Below, in pieces: positions 51,120 to 64,000 of a stretch of DNA of 64,000 bases. A program made the position numbers and the translations under genes. The stretch lies in contig MU054391.1 of NCBI GenBank assembly GCA_013239625.1, forward strand, positions 808,001 to 872,000. Direction: 5' to 3'. Numbering within the stretch: position 1 is the stretch's first letter; the number at the start of each line of letters is the position of its first letter. The notes beneath the pieces are model-generated. The model was not told where the DNA came from. It worked only from the letters and a program-made list of their open reading frames with translations, and did no database searches. This DNA is from Lama guanicoe (Eukaryota).

Positions 51120-51460
51120 GCGGGGAGCTTCTCAAGTCTCTGTCTAGGGCAGAGACTCTGCAGTGTCTGAAGTTCACTTTGGCTGGAATGTGAAAGTCTG
51201 ACAAGGGAAGTGAGTCCAGAGGGAGGCAGACTAACCTGGAGGTTATTCCGGTGTCCCAGGCAGGAGGCAATCGGGACCGCAAACTGGGGCTAGAGATTCG
51301 CAGGGACCGGAAACGCCAGAGTCGCAGGTTAGGGTTTCAACTGTTTCGCTTGTGCTTGGTTCTGAGATGAAGCTGGGGTGTCCAGGCGGAGACGTGCGGT
51401 TGGAAGACGGATACAGAGTCGCAGATGCAGATGCTAACATTCGGGTTTCCCGTCGCACCA
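51120..51460 (-). mobile_element. Degraded L2 fragment
   Basis: ttcactttggctggaatgtga...ggaggcagactaacctggaggttattccggtgtcccaggcaggagg. Confidence 0.5.
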
Positions 51461-51829
51461 TCGGGCGTCACTGTCCTCCAAACAAGTGTGTCAAGCTTCC
51501 CTTGGAAGATGAGCACGGTCAGCTTGGAAGATGGTCAGCCAGAGGCCACTCTCCAGGCTCCCCCCGTGCTGGCCACTCCCCTTTGATGTGTTTTCGGCGC
51601 CACCCCCCACCCGTGCGCACCCAGCCCCTCGGGTGGTTGCTGGGGGTCTTCTCAGCCTCCCTGGGCAGTAGCGCCGCCTCTCAGAGTTTTGCTGCCACTG
51701 ATGTGCTGACAACTCGCGAGTGTGTCCCGAGCACTTCAGTGAGCTCCACGTTTGTGGATCCAAACGTCCGGAACTATCTCCTGGAATGTTCCCAGCGCCC
51801 TCAGGTCCAAGGCTGAGCTGGTCAGGCCC

Positions 51830-52595
51830 GTGGCCTTTTCTGCGGAGGGTCCTCCTCCTGCCCTCGGACCTGCGAAGGGCCAGCCTCTCGAGACACTGGA
51901 GACAGGTCCTTCTCCTCACACTCCTGCTCAAACTGACGGTTCTCCAAGCCACCCATCTCCTCACTCCCTCCCTCCTGCCGTGGTCCAGGCCGCACTTTCT
52001 CACCTCAGTGCCCACCTGGCCTTCCTGCTCACCCCCTTCCGCGCAGCCAGCACAGTCATCAACATGGTTGTCCTCTCCTAAACCCCCTTACTGGGTTCCC
52101 ACTGACTACAAAAGTCAATCAATCGATTGATCAATCAACCCATGCTCATGATCCAGGCTTCTCCACGTGTGACCAAAGCCACTTCTCAGTCCCCACCTGC
52201 AGCCTCCACCGTCTCAGACAACATATGTCAGTGACTCCGCTGGACACTCCCTGTTGTTCCACACTTTGGTTCCACACTCGCCACGTTTTCCTTCCTCCTG
52301 GAATGTTCCGTCTTTCTCCCTTTTATCTAATCATCCTTCAGCACTGAGCTGAGGTGTCATCTCCATGTCCAGGAAAGCCTTCCTCTCTGTCTCCCCGATC
52401 CTCATGGGCAGAGGGCAGGGCTGCTTTCTGCGCTCCTGCAGCTCCGCCCTCCTGACTTGCATCTGCTCACCTTCTATAGTAATTACACAGCTTATCCACA
52501 TGAGCTTTAAGGTCCCGACAACGTGGTAGCTTTAAGCTCCAAGCAAGACGCAGGCTTAATGAGAAGAAATCACTCAGTGAATGTTTATTAAACTC
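51830..52595 (+). mobile_element. Degraded L2 3' region
   Basis: cctggaatgttcc...tcatccttcagcactgagctgaggtgtcatctccatgtccaggaaagccttc...ctcagtgaatgtttattaaa. Confidence 0.6.
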
Positions 52596-52601
52596 TATTC
52601 T

Positions 52602-53440
52602 GAAATGCAAATCAAAACTACAAGTAGGTATCACCTCACACCAGTCCGAATGGCCATCATTCAAAAGTCCACAAATGACAAATGCTGGAGAGGCTGTGGA
52701 GAAAAGGGAACCCTCCAACACTGCTGGTGGGAATGCACTTTGGTGCAGCCACTGCGGAAAACAGTATGGAGGGTCCTTTAAAAACTGAAAATAGACTTAC
52801 CATGTAATCCAGGAATCCCATTCCTGGGCAAATATCCAGAGGGAACTTTAATTCGAAAAGATACATGCACCCCAATGATCATAGCAGCATTATTTACAAC
52901 AGCCAAGACATGGAAACAACCTAAATGTCTAAACCTAAAAGTTGTGGTTTATTTATACAATGGAATACTACTCAGCCATTAAAAATAATAAATTAATGCT
53001 ATTTGCAGCAACATGGATGGACCTGGAGATTATCATTCTAAATGAAGTAAATCAGACAGAAAAAGACAAATCTCATGTGATACCACTTATATGTGGAATC
53101 TAAAAAAATGACACAGATGAACTTATTTACAGAACAGAAACGGACTCACAGACACAGAAAACAAACTTAAGGTTACTGGAGGGGGGAAGAGGGTTGGAAG
53201 GGATAAACTGGGAGTTCAAGATTGGCAGACCTACTAATTACTATACATAAAACAAACAACAATTTTATACTCTATAGCACAGGGAACCATATTCAATATC
53301 CTGCAGTCACCTATAATGGAAAAGAATATGGAAAGGAATATATGTACGCATATGTAAGCCTGGGCTATTACGCCGTACACCGGCGATTGACACAAAATTG
53401 CAAACTGACTATGCTTCAATTAAAAAAGATGAAAAAGAAA
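52602..53440 (+). mobile_element. 5'-truncated L1 (cetartiodactyl type): ORF2 C-terminus, 3' UTR and A tail
   Basis: ORF 52581..52781 contains [45 protein letters not shown]; ends ...caaactgactatgcttcaattaaaaaa. Confidence 0.95.
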
Positions 53441-54189
53441 CCTTACTTGGTTTGAAAAGCTTAACAGCAACAGAAATAGAATAAACCAGTTTCTTAATCA
53501 TTTCACTTGTTCTGTGGGTGACTGGAAAATGTTTCTTTGAACCATGATAGAAATCTCTCTCACCTTCTGTAACCTGAGTCAGTTCACAATCCTTCCTCTT
53601 AACCAATTTTTTTTGTATAAAACATGCCAACTATTGTATTTTTAGCTTCACACAAAAGGTCTTTCCTTTGAATTGTGCCTATTCAGTCTTAATCGAGAGA
53701 AATAACAAACACTCTCCTGAAGTTTTCTATCAGCCGCCCTAGAAGTCACAGCCCCCGTGGCTTCGGGCCGATTGCCACGTGCGTGGGACATGCTCACGCC
53801 TTCATTAAGTAACTGCTCTGCAAGAGGAGTGGGAAAGACCACGTTCGAGACGAACCCAGAGGAAGCAGTGTCAACCACAGACAGAACTTCAGGAAGGCGT
53901 GGAGGGATCCACGGGGTGGATCAATTGAGGTCAGAAGTGAGAGAGAAACACGCTGTCAGCCCCGTTGGAGGGAACGTGGAAAACAAAGGCAGAGAGGCGG
54001 ACGTGAAGCTCAGGGGCCCTGGGCTAAGACGGCTAAACTGGGCCCAGGAAGCGGTGTAGACAGAAAAGGCACAGGCCTCTAACTGCGCGCACAAGGAGGC
54101 AGTCGGACCAATTTCCATTCACGCAGGCGGCTGTGAGGGGCACTTGGCGGCCTGAACTCTGAGGCGACCTGATACTCGGACCTGACCTT

Positions 54190-54390
54190 CACCGAGCATC
54201 CGTCCTGTGACTGGCATGACCTTATTTAATTTTGACAACAGCACCGTCGAGGGCTCCCAACCTTGCAGCTGAGCAAGCTAAGGCGCTATGAGGTTAAGGA
54301 CGTGCCCGGGACCACGTGGGCTCTAAGCGGCAGAACCAGGCCTTGGTTTCAAACCAGGCCAGTTGGGCCAAGAGTCCACATTCTCAGCCC
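54190..54390 (-). mobile_element. MIR SINE
   Basis: ttatttaattttgacaacagc...agctgagcaagctaaggcgctatgaggttaaggacgtgcccggg...aagcggcagaaccagg...tttcaaaccaggc. Confidence 0.65.
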
Positions 54391-55316
54391 CGTCCAGGGT
54401 TGGCGTGTTCAGGGTGGAAGCTGTGTCAGGGCACAGGCCAGGGGGAGGAAGGAGGGGCCGGGGTGAGAGGCCGTCTGTGAGATGCTAAAGTTCTTGGCTG
54501 TTTTGGAGAAGAGGAGATACAAAGAAAGGAAGAATATTTTTCTAATGCAGAAGTTCTATCAGAGGATTTTAACCTTTTGTGGGTCACTTATTCTGAAAAT
54601 ATGACAAGACCAGAGTGTCTCGACGGATGGATACACAGTATTCACAGGACATCGCCTTGGACCGTGCAGACGATCCCAGAGAATCCACAGCCACCTGGGG
54701 GCAACATTCTCCCAGATTAAGACTCTCCAGCCAAGGCTGTAGGAGTGAGAGGGGACGGTTAGGCGGGAACCAGGTTCACGAGGAAAGCTCCGTCTGGTGG
54801 GGAAAGACGGGTTCCATCGCCATGAGGAGAAGTGCAAGGCAGTGGGACCTCAGGCACCGGGTCGTAAGAGGCAAACTGTACGAACTCTAGGAGAGGCAAG
54901 TGCCTCAGTTATCCAGCCACACGTGATTCAAACGGCAGCTGGAGCTGTTCTATGAACAACACTGTTAGAAGTAGTGAAAACCTGGAGATTTAAAAATCGG
55001 TGGGTTGACGCAACAATAAGGGCAACCATTCAGAGCCACGGCAGTTCACCGAAGCCACGGAACAAACTGAGAACTGCCCCACCAATCAAGAGGAAGCACC
55101 GCATTTCGGTAAGAGAGTGAGAGTCCGTGACGTCTTCACCGGGGCCGCCCCCACGCCGCCTCCCGGCTCGGCGTGCGAGCAGCGGCCCGGAGCAGGCGAG
55201 GATGACGCGGAGACTTGGCGAGCCTCGAGGTTCCGCCGCAAGCCCCCGCTTAGGGCATGGTCAGCACTTCGTATGAATGTGCCGTTCCCTGTGGAAGCTC
55301 TGCTCCTTCCCCGCCC

Positions 55317-55735
55317 TTTTATTTTTTTAAATTGAAGCGCAGTCAGGTTACCACGTTGGTGTCAACTTCTGGTGCACAGCACGATGTTTCACACACATAC
55401 ACATAGATACATTCATTTTCTTTCTCGTTACAGGCTATTACAAGGTTGAATATAGTTCCTTCTGCTGTGCAGGACAGGCTTGCTGTGTATCTGTTTTATG
55501 TCGAGCAGTCAGGATCTGCAAATTTCGAACTCCCCACTTGTCCTTTCCCACCCGCTTTCCCCCGGTAACCATGTTTGTGTCCTGTGTCTGTGGCTCTGCT
55601 TCTGTCCTGTAAGTAAGTTCCTTTGTGTCTTTTTCTTAGATGCCACATGTAAGTGATATCATATGGTGTTTTTCTTTCTCTGTCTGGCTCATTTCTCTTA
55701 GAATGATGACCTCCAGGTCCACCGCGTTGCTGCGG
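55317..55735 (-). mobile_element. L1 3' UTR fragment with candidate target-site duplication
   Basis: ttttttaaattgaagcgcagtc...ttagatgccacatgtaagtgatatcatatggtgtttttctttctctgtctggctcatttc. agctctgctc occurs on both flanks (55296-55305 and 55738-55747). Confidence 0.9.
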
Positions 55736-56042
55736 GCAGCTCTGCTCTTGAGTGCAGTGGTGGGGAGGCTTGCCTTCGGGCTGTCACCAGAACCACCGCA
55801 AATGCCGGCAAAGCTCCGCTGCCTGAGGCTGTGATTGCAGGCGGGCCAGCAGAAGCCCGGCTGGGAGCGTAAAAGGCCGTCTGTGAGAGACCCTAGCGAG
55901 CTGGGGGAGAACCGTGACCTCCGGGAAGCTCCGGCAGGCCCCAGGGCTCTGGGAGGCTGTGTGCACGCCTAGGAGTGAGGAGGCAACGGGACGCTTCCGT
56001 CACGCCTGTGGTGACCGGGGGCCTTGCACACAGGGGGCGAGA

Positions 56043-56546
56043 CGCGGGGGCCCAGGGCCGGCTGGCCCGAAATGTGCCTTGCTGGCACACTGATTACTTT
56101 GGGTTAAAGTTACCTAAGAAATGACTAATGCAAGAGGGACACTCCTTTCTGTCTCCCTGAAAAGCAGGAATTCAATCTCTGCTGGGAAAGGTGCCCTCCC
56201 TGCCTCCACCCTTGTCGCCAGACGGGGACTCAGCCTAGAAGCGTGTATAAAACAAAGCTTGTCACGCCTTTAATTCACTGCCCCAAGCCCTAGCTCTGTT
56301 TAGTTTTCATTAACGGAGCACCCAATCTTTGTCCTGTCAGTTCCTCAAGTTTATTGTTTCTTTGTCTAAAAAGTATAAAAGTTGTCTGCTTTGGCCACTT
56401 TGGGTCCCATTTCTATGACACCTCTGTGCACACAAATTAAAATCTGTTTGTTTTTTCTCCTGTTAATCTGCCTGGTGTCAATTTTGCTACTAATCCAGCC
56501 ACAAGAACTCAAGATGGGTAGAGGGTGAAACTCTCCCTCTCTGACA
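56043..56546 (+). mobile_element. ERV1-class solo LTR (MER34-like)
   Basis: cccgaaatgtgccttgctggcacactgattactttg...gtataaaa...ttctcctgttaatctgcc...ccagccacaagaactcaagatgggtagaggg...ctctctgaca; ends in CA. Confidence 0.7.
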
Positions 56547-56799
56547 GAATTAACATGTTTTGTAAAAGGGCTGAAGCTTGATGGGGTGACTTCTCGCACA
56601 GACCCCTTGGCAGGGAGTGGAAGACATTCACACCATATATTTAGGAAAATCTGGGCCATCCTGTCCTGACTGATAATTCATACTGACCAGGTGTGACACC
56701 TAGGAAGACAGGTATAAAAACAAATGTAAGAATAAACAAACAAAAGAATCCCAAGAATGTAAAAAAAAAAGACAGCAAAGAATTCAGTGGCCACCCAGT

Positions 56800-58470
56800 G
56801 CAGGGTATACAGAGTGTATAGAATTTAACAGAAGAGTGCAAGGACAGTACACTAAAAACTACAAAACATTGTTTCAAGAAATTAAAGATCTAAGTAAATG
56901 GAAAGACATGGATCAGAAGATGTAATATTATTAAGACATCAATCCTCCCAAAATTGATCTGCAGATTCAGTGCAGACCCCATCAAAAGCCCAGCTGTTTT
57001 TCAAAATGAAATGATTCAGTTGATTGTAAAATTCATACAGAAATGCAAGGATTCAGAAGAAGCAAAACAATCTGGAAAAGGAAGAGCAAAGTTGGAGGAG
57101 TCAAATTCTCTAACTTCAAAAACAACTACGAAGAAAACTGAAGCAGCAACAAGACAGCGTGGTGCCGGGTTTAAGGACAGACGTGTAGGTCAGTGGAAAA
57201 GCACTGAGAATTGAGAAATAAATCACAACATTGACGGGTGATTTGTTTTTAACGAGGGCTCCAGAGCTGGTTACTGGGGAAGAACAGTCGTCAACGAACG
57301 GTGTGAAACAGCTCACTGGACATCCACGTGCAAAAGAGTGGAGCTGGACCCTAACATCCCACCACGCACAACAATGAGCTCAGAATGGGTCGCAGATCTA
57401 AATGCAGCGCTAATACTTTAAAGCTCCTAGAAGAAACACACAAGTAAATCTTCATGACCTGGGGGCGGCAGGGCTTCAAACTACATCAAAATACAAGCAA
57501 CACAAAAACAGAAATGTAAGTTGAACTACCTCAAACCCCATCAAGAAAGTGAAGAAGAAACACGAAGACTGGGAAGAAGTATTTGCAAGTCGTAATCAGA
57601 CAAGGGACTTGTATCTGGAAAATGGAAATAATCCTTTTGTGAAAAGACAGCCAGCCATTTAAACACGAGCAAAGGATTCGAACTGACGTTTCTCCGGAGA
57701 AGACAGAGAAACGGCCAAAGATCACACGAGAGGATGCTGGACACCACCTGCCACCAGAGAAACGCAAACCCGATCCACAGTGAGACGGCCCTTCACACCC
57801 GTTAGAAAGGCTTTTGTATACAATAAAGAGAGGAAAAAGACAAAGAGAACAAGTGGTGGCAAAGATGTGAAGCAGCAGGAACCCTCATGCCTTGGGGGCG
57901 GGGATGTAAAATATTGCAGCTACTCTGGTCAGCCTTTGGCAGCTCCAAAAAATGCTAGACACAGAATGGAAGCATGACGGCAATGTCACTTCTGCCCAAG
58001 AGAAATGAAAACGTAACCACACAGAATCTTGCACACAGACGTTCACAGAAGCATTATTCATAATTGCCAATACTGTGGGGAGAACTCCAGTTTCCATCGG
58101 CTGATGAGGGCGTAAGCGAAGGTGGCGTACGCGTCTCAGGGAACGCCATTCAGGCAGAAAGAGGAATGACGTCCTGGTGCGGGCTGGGCCACGGATGAAC
58201 CTTGGAAACCATGCTGAATGACACCGAGCCCGTCACCCAACGTCTCACACCGTGTGATCCCATTTACGAGAGATGTGGAGAAGAGGCCGAGCCCCAGGCG
58301 GCTACCGAGGGCGGGGGGACGAGCGGAGGGAGTGAGGCTGAGGGCAGGGGCTGCTTTTTGGAGAGCTGAGAAGCTCTTGTGCTAGACTGTGGTGAGAGGT
58401 GCACAGCTCTGTGGATTCACTAAAAGTCATCGGATTGCATACTCTCAGTGGGTGAATGTACCACCACTCA
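56800..58470 (+). mobile_element. 5'-truncated old L1 (L1MB-like), ORF2 3' half plus 3' UTR
   Basis: ORF 56954..57214 (ICRFSADPIKSPAVF...LIVKFIQKCKDSEEAKQ) is L1 ORF2p-like; 3' end ctagactgtggtgagaggtgcacagctctgtggattcactaaaagtcat. Confidence 0.9.
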
Positions 58471-59924
58471 ACAGTTCTCAGCAGCGGCCTAAAACGGCGG
58501 GTTTCCACTATGGAGCAAGCGGAAGTGGGCTCCTTCTCCTGCGGTGGTGTCTTCCATTTCAACTCTAAACTGCATCGGTGGCCACAAAAACGCTCCAGGA
58601 GGGGCAGTGGTTCTGCCCCCCAGGCCCACTGTGCCCCCCAGGGAAACGGCACGACCCCCGGCGGCCGGACAAAGCGCTTCCCTGACAGCGCAGATGTGAC
58701 CACGGTGGACTCAGGACCACACTCGGGCTCAGAACCAAGCGGGTCTTCCATGTCTGGAATGACGGCAACGTCCGTGGTTCCGTCGCCTCCTGCTAGCCGT
58801 TTGCCGGTCCATTCACGTACTTTTTTCAAGTTTTACGTCAGCAAAGATTCTGCAGGAAACCACCTCGGTCACCAGCATCTCCAGCTAACCCAGGACTCAC
58901 CAGAAGGCTGACCAGTGCTCCGCGGCCATTCGTCAAGGTTTTTATCAGAAATCGTTCAGAAATTATTTCAGAACTAATCACAGGAAGTGAACAGTCCCCA
59001 CCCCTGCGTCGTCTGTACCATCCTAGCGTTTATAGTGAAACTACCAGGTGAAGGTGCTTTGTCGGCACAGAAGACCCAGCAGTCAGGCTGCGAGAAGCCA
59101 GGGCTCCGGAAGCAACTCCGTGGTTTGTCACAGAGCGGCTCGCGGAGCACGTTCGCCCAGGGAAGGCTGGTTTTCACCTTCCAGAAGGCCAGGCGGCCTC
59201 TCCAGGGGTTTCGCACAGGGACGGGGAGGATCGTCCCACGGCTGGGAGTGAGACTGGAGCTCCCGGACGCCTGCACAGCACACACTGAGCCCGCCTCGCC
59301 GAGCAGCCCCCTCCTCGCCAGGACCACGTCCCCGCGGGGGCAGAAGGGCACTGAGAGGGGAAGCCGACCCCTTCCAAGCGGGTCCCTGCCCCTCCGCCCC
59401 ATCCAGACACGGCTCCGTGGTCTGACCTGGCTCCTGCTGGCACTACCGTCTTCCCTCCATTCTGCTCGGAATTTCCTCGTCACTGGGGAAGGGCTGGGGG
59501 CCGCAGGTAAAGGGGGAAGGTGGGCATCACCACGGTCAGCTGGGTCTGCAGGTTCATCCGTGGTTCCCGAGAGTGTGGTGCAAACCGAGTTTTTCCTTAA
59601 TTAACAGCAAAGCCGCGTACAGGTTAGCTTTTCAATACTGTCTGAAGACTGTGCAGCACAGGGCTTGATGCTGAATAAAAGCTGATACCTGTTTACTGGT
59701 CCTGGTTTTTCCTAAATGTGCCAGCGAACTGGGCATCATTCCTACCATACAAGCACGAGCCGTTTACCTGGTAAACTGGTGCTTCTCCGGAAAAAGCGAC
59801 AGCAAGTGAAATGAGTCGAAGGAACGGAGGAGAGGGAAACTGTGGAGTCCGAAATGAGTCTGAAACGGTGGCTTTTAAACACTCAACATGCGGTGGGAGT
59901 GTGTCACCATGGAAACCACGATGC

Positions 59925-60090
59925 TCTGAAGACAGGCCTGCGTGGTCCTGGAACCTTGCTTTGGCCGCATCCCAGCTTCGTGACCAAGGTCAAGTTGGTC
60001 GGCTTTCCTGACCTTTCGTTTCTACTCCAAAACATGCAGGTGGAAACATCTTACTTTCAGGAGGGTTATGAAGAGTGAACAAGAAATAAA
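59925..60090 (+). mobile_element. MIR SINE
   Basis: tgctctgaagacaggcctg...ccagcttcgtgaccaaggtcaagtt...acatcttactttcaggagggttatgaagagtgaac. Confidence 0.55.
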
Positions 60091-62827
60091 GGGCCTGAAC
60101 ACACCTGGGGGAGCCGGCCAGCCTGTGGCGAGCGGTGAATAAACATGACTTATTGTGACGAAGGTCAGAGCCACATGCAGCCTGAGAGTCGCGAGACCAG
60201 AGGGGGAAGCCCTCTGTGGGAAGATGGCCTTTTCCAGCAGGGGCTCCCCACAAGGTAAAGTGATGAATGACCACAATTTTTCTGGAAGGCAGGGGAAAAA
60301 CGCACCAGGAAACCAGGTCAGGAGCCAACGGGAAAGGCAGCTGGACCATCGCAAGACTCTGTCCCCTGAGAAAGTTCCACATAAAAACCAAGAGAAAGAA
60401 TCACAGTCAAGAATGCTATTTTAGAAGATTCTGCCGTGTGATCCACGGTCCCAGCTCCGAGTCCATGTTCAGGACGCTAAGCTCGCAGCGGCTGCAGCCT
60501 GGGCATGGCTAGGGGAGCGGTCAGCTCCACACATGCAACACCCCACCTGGTCCGCGGACACCCCGGTTTCGGGATCAGGGAAGAGGTAGACAGAGTCCGG
60601 TGGGGGCAAGGATGCCGCGTCCCATCTGCAGTTAGAGCAGGTCCGACTTAACACGTGGCAGTGAGTTCTGGAGGTACTGTTAGGAAAGGCACGGCGTACG
60701 TTCACTCCGTTAGAGCATCATTGACCTGAGTGAGGCTGTGCCTCTGACCTCAACAACAGGGTGTAAAAGAATGTGATGTGGAGACCGACCCCGTGTCTGT
60801 GCCCGTCCCAAGTCATGTGATCAAGGCAGAGTTCAGATAAGCTACTGCATCAGACCATCCCGCACCCTGAGTTCTGCCGCGTCCCAGGCCCGGGGGTGGC
60901 TGCGCTTCCCAGGGAGCACGCAGCAGCACCTAGAGATGTTACGGTGTTACGTCAGGGTGGGGGGCTTCTGAGATCTGCTGGGTAGCAGCCAAGACCTCTG
61001 CTAGCACCCTACACAGCCCAGCACAGCTCCCGCCACAGACTCACCTGGCCCATCAGCCTCACGGCACAACACGTGCCAGCCTTTGTGGAAACAAACAAGC
61101 AAGAAGAACCAGAGCAGAGTCTTGGTCTGAGGTCTGGCTTGCTGCGGTCGGGACGCCCACCGCATCAGAGCCCAGGCAGCGGGGAAGCAGGCTTCGCACC
61201 TGCCTCTGTCTGCGCCTCCACGCTGCGCCAAAAACACTGGAAGCTTCTAACGGGAGGTGGCGGGGTCTGCAGCGAGGGCACCGGGTGCTGGGCCACCCGC
61301 CGAAGGCCTCGCCCCCAGCAGCCCCCCAGGGGTGGGGCAGAGACACAGGATCTGGCTCCGCAGAACAGAGGCAGCCCAGCAGGGACCAGGGACTCTAGCG
61401 CAAGCCCCACCGGGCAGCTGATTAGAGGCGTATCAGTCTGGAAACACAGGCGGTCGCCGCAGAGCAGCCCTGCTCCTGCCAAAGGTCTCAGCCTGCTTCC
61501 TTGGTTCACTTCCCTTTTCTCCCCAACAACACGGTCCTTTGGCTGAAACGACCACTCCCGTGGCTTAAGTTCCTGTCGCCACGCGGCCGACAGCCCTGCC
61601 TGTTTCATTGTCCTAGATTCTCATGACCTTCCCGTGTGTCGCAGACCAGGACCTGTTTATCAGGGAACCAGCTCTGTCCATCACAAAATAAAGCTGAATA
61701 TTTCACTTGCAGGCCTGACAGAGGATTTGAGGCTTCAATTTGAACCCACTTGTTTTTGCTCAGTTTTGAAAAAAAGAAAAAGATACATGATAAAAGAAAT
61801 TAGGAAACCATTGGCTAATAATGCACAAAAGCCTATGAAAAGTTCAAGGCAAACAGGTCTCAAAAGGGAATCTCCTTTGGAGAATTAGTGCAAAGAAACC
61901 CGGGCTTCCTATACGGGGGGGTCCGGCACGTCTCTGCACACGGGGGGTTAGCACCGCGCTTGTCCACATCCAGGCTTAGGAGCTAATTGTTCTCTGAAGT
62001 GGTGGGAAGGTAGCGCACAGACGGCTACTCACCAAAACCCATCTTGTTTCACTTCAAGCGCTGATTAAAATACCCCGACAAAGAGCGAACATAGTGCAGC
62101 CTTTGTCTGCAACAACCCCAGGTCACCAGACAGCCGGCCAAGGTCAAGGCCACCTCCCTGCAAGGCAGCTACACGTGTGAGGGGCTGCAGCTGATGCTGG
62201 GGGCTTTGCAACCCACCTGGAATCTCAGTCAGACCAGGGACCTTCGCGCACCTACTTCAGTCATTCCATTGTATTTCCTTCCAGAAACTGACTGGCAAGC
62301 TGCCCGTTAGCGAGGACAGGAAGTCTGGGAGCCGAGGGGCGTTGGAAAGACCTCTCATCAGTAAGAAACAGCAGATCTGCTGAGTGGGTCTAAAGGCCCC
62401 CTTGCTCCTAACCCAAACCAAGCCCTCCGTCACTCGGGAGACTGGGCCTCTCGGCGTTCATCTCAGGGAAGGGCTGGACGTAGAGCCATCGCTACCGTAA
62501 ATAACTCCTGATTAAATCTGATCGGCATTTTATACACTGTGTACAGGTCTCTGGATAGATCTGGAGAGGCAGCAACTTCCACATCGGAGGTTCTAGAAAG
62601 GCTACGTGTGTACAATAAACATTCTCTCTCACCCACTGGCAGGGGGAGAGGCTAGCATGCACTTTTCAGGTGGTCGGGTATGAGGCTTTGCGTCAAGGAC
62701 CCAGTCCTCCTCCACTGGGCGAGATTCTTGTACCACATCCTGGTTGCTTCTCCCCTCTAAGGCCCAGTTTTAATATCGGTAAAACAAAACTTTAATAAAG
62801 CAGCTGTGAGTTTTCCCAAGCATTAAG

Positions 62828-62878
62828 TCCACCCACCCGTCCACCCGTCCACCCACCCACCCGTCCACCCATCCGTCG
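62828..62878. repeat. (CCAC/CCGT)n simple repeat
   Basis: gtccacccacccgtccacccgtccacccacccacccgtccacccatccgtc. Confidence 0.9.
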
Positions 62879-64000
62879 GCTGATGGGGTTGTTTAAAGTT
62901 GAAAGGAGATCATGCACTCAAAGTGCTCCCTGCGTTGCCCTTGGGGCTGTCTGTTCTGTAAATTGTGAAGTGGCAGCTATTCCTGTGTGACTGGACCTGA
63001 GAGGGGTCACCAGTCATAACCTTCCGAGAAACGCAGGATCTGAGACGGAGCTTCTCCATTCCGGACACTGGGTGGTTCCTGACTCCGGACAAATTGAGCA
63101 CAGTTTCTTCACCTCGGGGGTCCCTTCCCAGATCGCATGCCTAAGGAACCTTCCCCTTCCCTGACCGTGGCTGTCATTTGAGCTCGTCTGAATCCCCGGA
63201 GGCTGGGACCACACCACCCCTGCGGGAACTGGTCTGCAGTTGCGTTTGTGCCTGCTGCCGCCTCCCTGACCTTCCCCACGGGAACGCTTACTTGTCGCTG
63301 CACAAGCCTGGCAGAGGGCCAGCTGCGCAGTCCACGGCCCAGAGAGGACGCGGTGACGCCTCAGGACCATGCCGAGAGTTGCCACTTGCTGATTATCCTG
63401 AGCCACTGACGACGCGCATGTGTGTTTTCTTCTTAAATTACGTGTTCGTAGGCAAGCCGTTTACGGGCTTGAAGACCAGGCGGTGGCGGGAGCGCCTGGG
63501 ACCCCTCCCTGCTTTCTGGTCTCCTGTCGTCTGCCCGGTTCTCAGCCCTCCCGCTCTTACAAACGCCGTCGTTCCGGGTTTCCTAGGGATCCTCCGACAT
63601 TCTCTGCAGATGCAAACACAAAAGGCTCCCACCCCCTCCTTCCGTCGCAGAAATGGTGGCCTGTCTGCTACACACTGTTCCCGGTTTGCACTCTTCACCT
63701 GACAGTGCATCTTGGAATACAGATCATCTAACTAATTGCGCCCTCCAGCACCGCGTCCTAGGGAGGCTAAGCCAACTGCCCAGGGTCACAGCGGAGCCCA
63801 GGTTTCTTTCATCTCAGTAGGAGCTCTTGTCCCTGCTCTGCTTCTAGCCTCAGTCCAGACCCAGTTACAGCACCTCAGGTGGCTCTCCAGCTGACTGACT
63901 GTGCATCAGCCCCTAATAAACGTAGACAGCCTAAAAATAAATTGTACTGATATCATACAACTGCATAAAGCATACAGCATCTTAAGATCCCTGTGAAAAT

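Noticed and set aside
3887..58470. Using L1 orientation bias to infer a host gene's strand
   Set aside because: L1 fragments lie on both strands in similar numbers, so they are uninformative.
58302..59604. Long ORFs (151-205 aa) after the L1
   Set aside because: They partly overlap the L1 3' end, show no recognisable domain and have no convincing flanking splice sites.
1..64000. Hundreds of 60-300 aa ORFs in the six-frame track
   Set aside because: They overlap on all frames, many start at GTG/TTG, and they are Pro/Gly/Arg/Ala-rich as expected for GC-rich non-coding DNA. The only recognisable peptides are decayed L1 ORF2p.

Overview
This is GC-rich mammalian genomic DNA, most likely camelid (alpaca/llama/camel). 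The assignment rests on two tRNA-derived vic-1-like SINEs and cetartiodactyl-type L1 3' ends; I recognised no Alu, Bov-A/BovB, PRE1 or CAN SINEs. I could not identify any protein-coding gene. The ORF track is explained by GC-rich chance ORFs, the CpG island, a TG minisatellite and decayed L1 ORF2. The main landmark is a ~1 kb CpG island (~6085-7085). To its left, a chain of minus-strand candidate exons (4204-4355, 3175-3208, from 2980, 51-156) has plausible splice sites, and the first three join in frame into a hydrophobic segment. This could be an unannotated gene, pseudogene or lncRNA, but it is unproven. The rest is intergenic/intronic-looking: L1, L2, MIR, MLT1 and MER34-like LTR remnants, plus a few repeat-free motif clusters that may be enhancers (including a 10-bp-periodic octamer array). 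There is also an old local duplication and signs of GC-biased substitution in fossil L1s. I see no evidence for a CRISPR array, RNA gene or a novel multi-gene system. Repeat family names come from remembered consensus sequences, boundaries are approximate, and nothing was computed.
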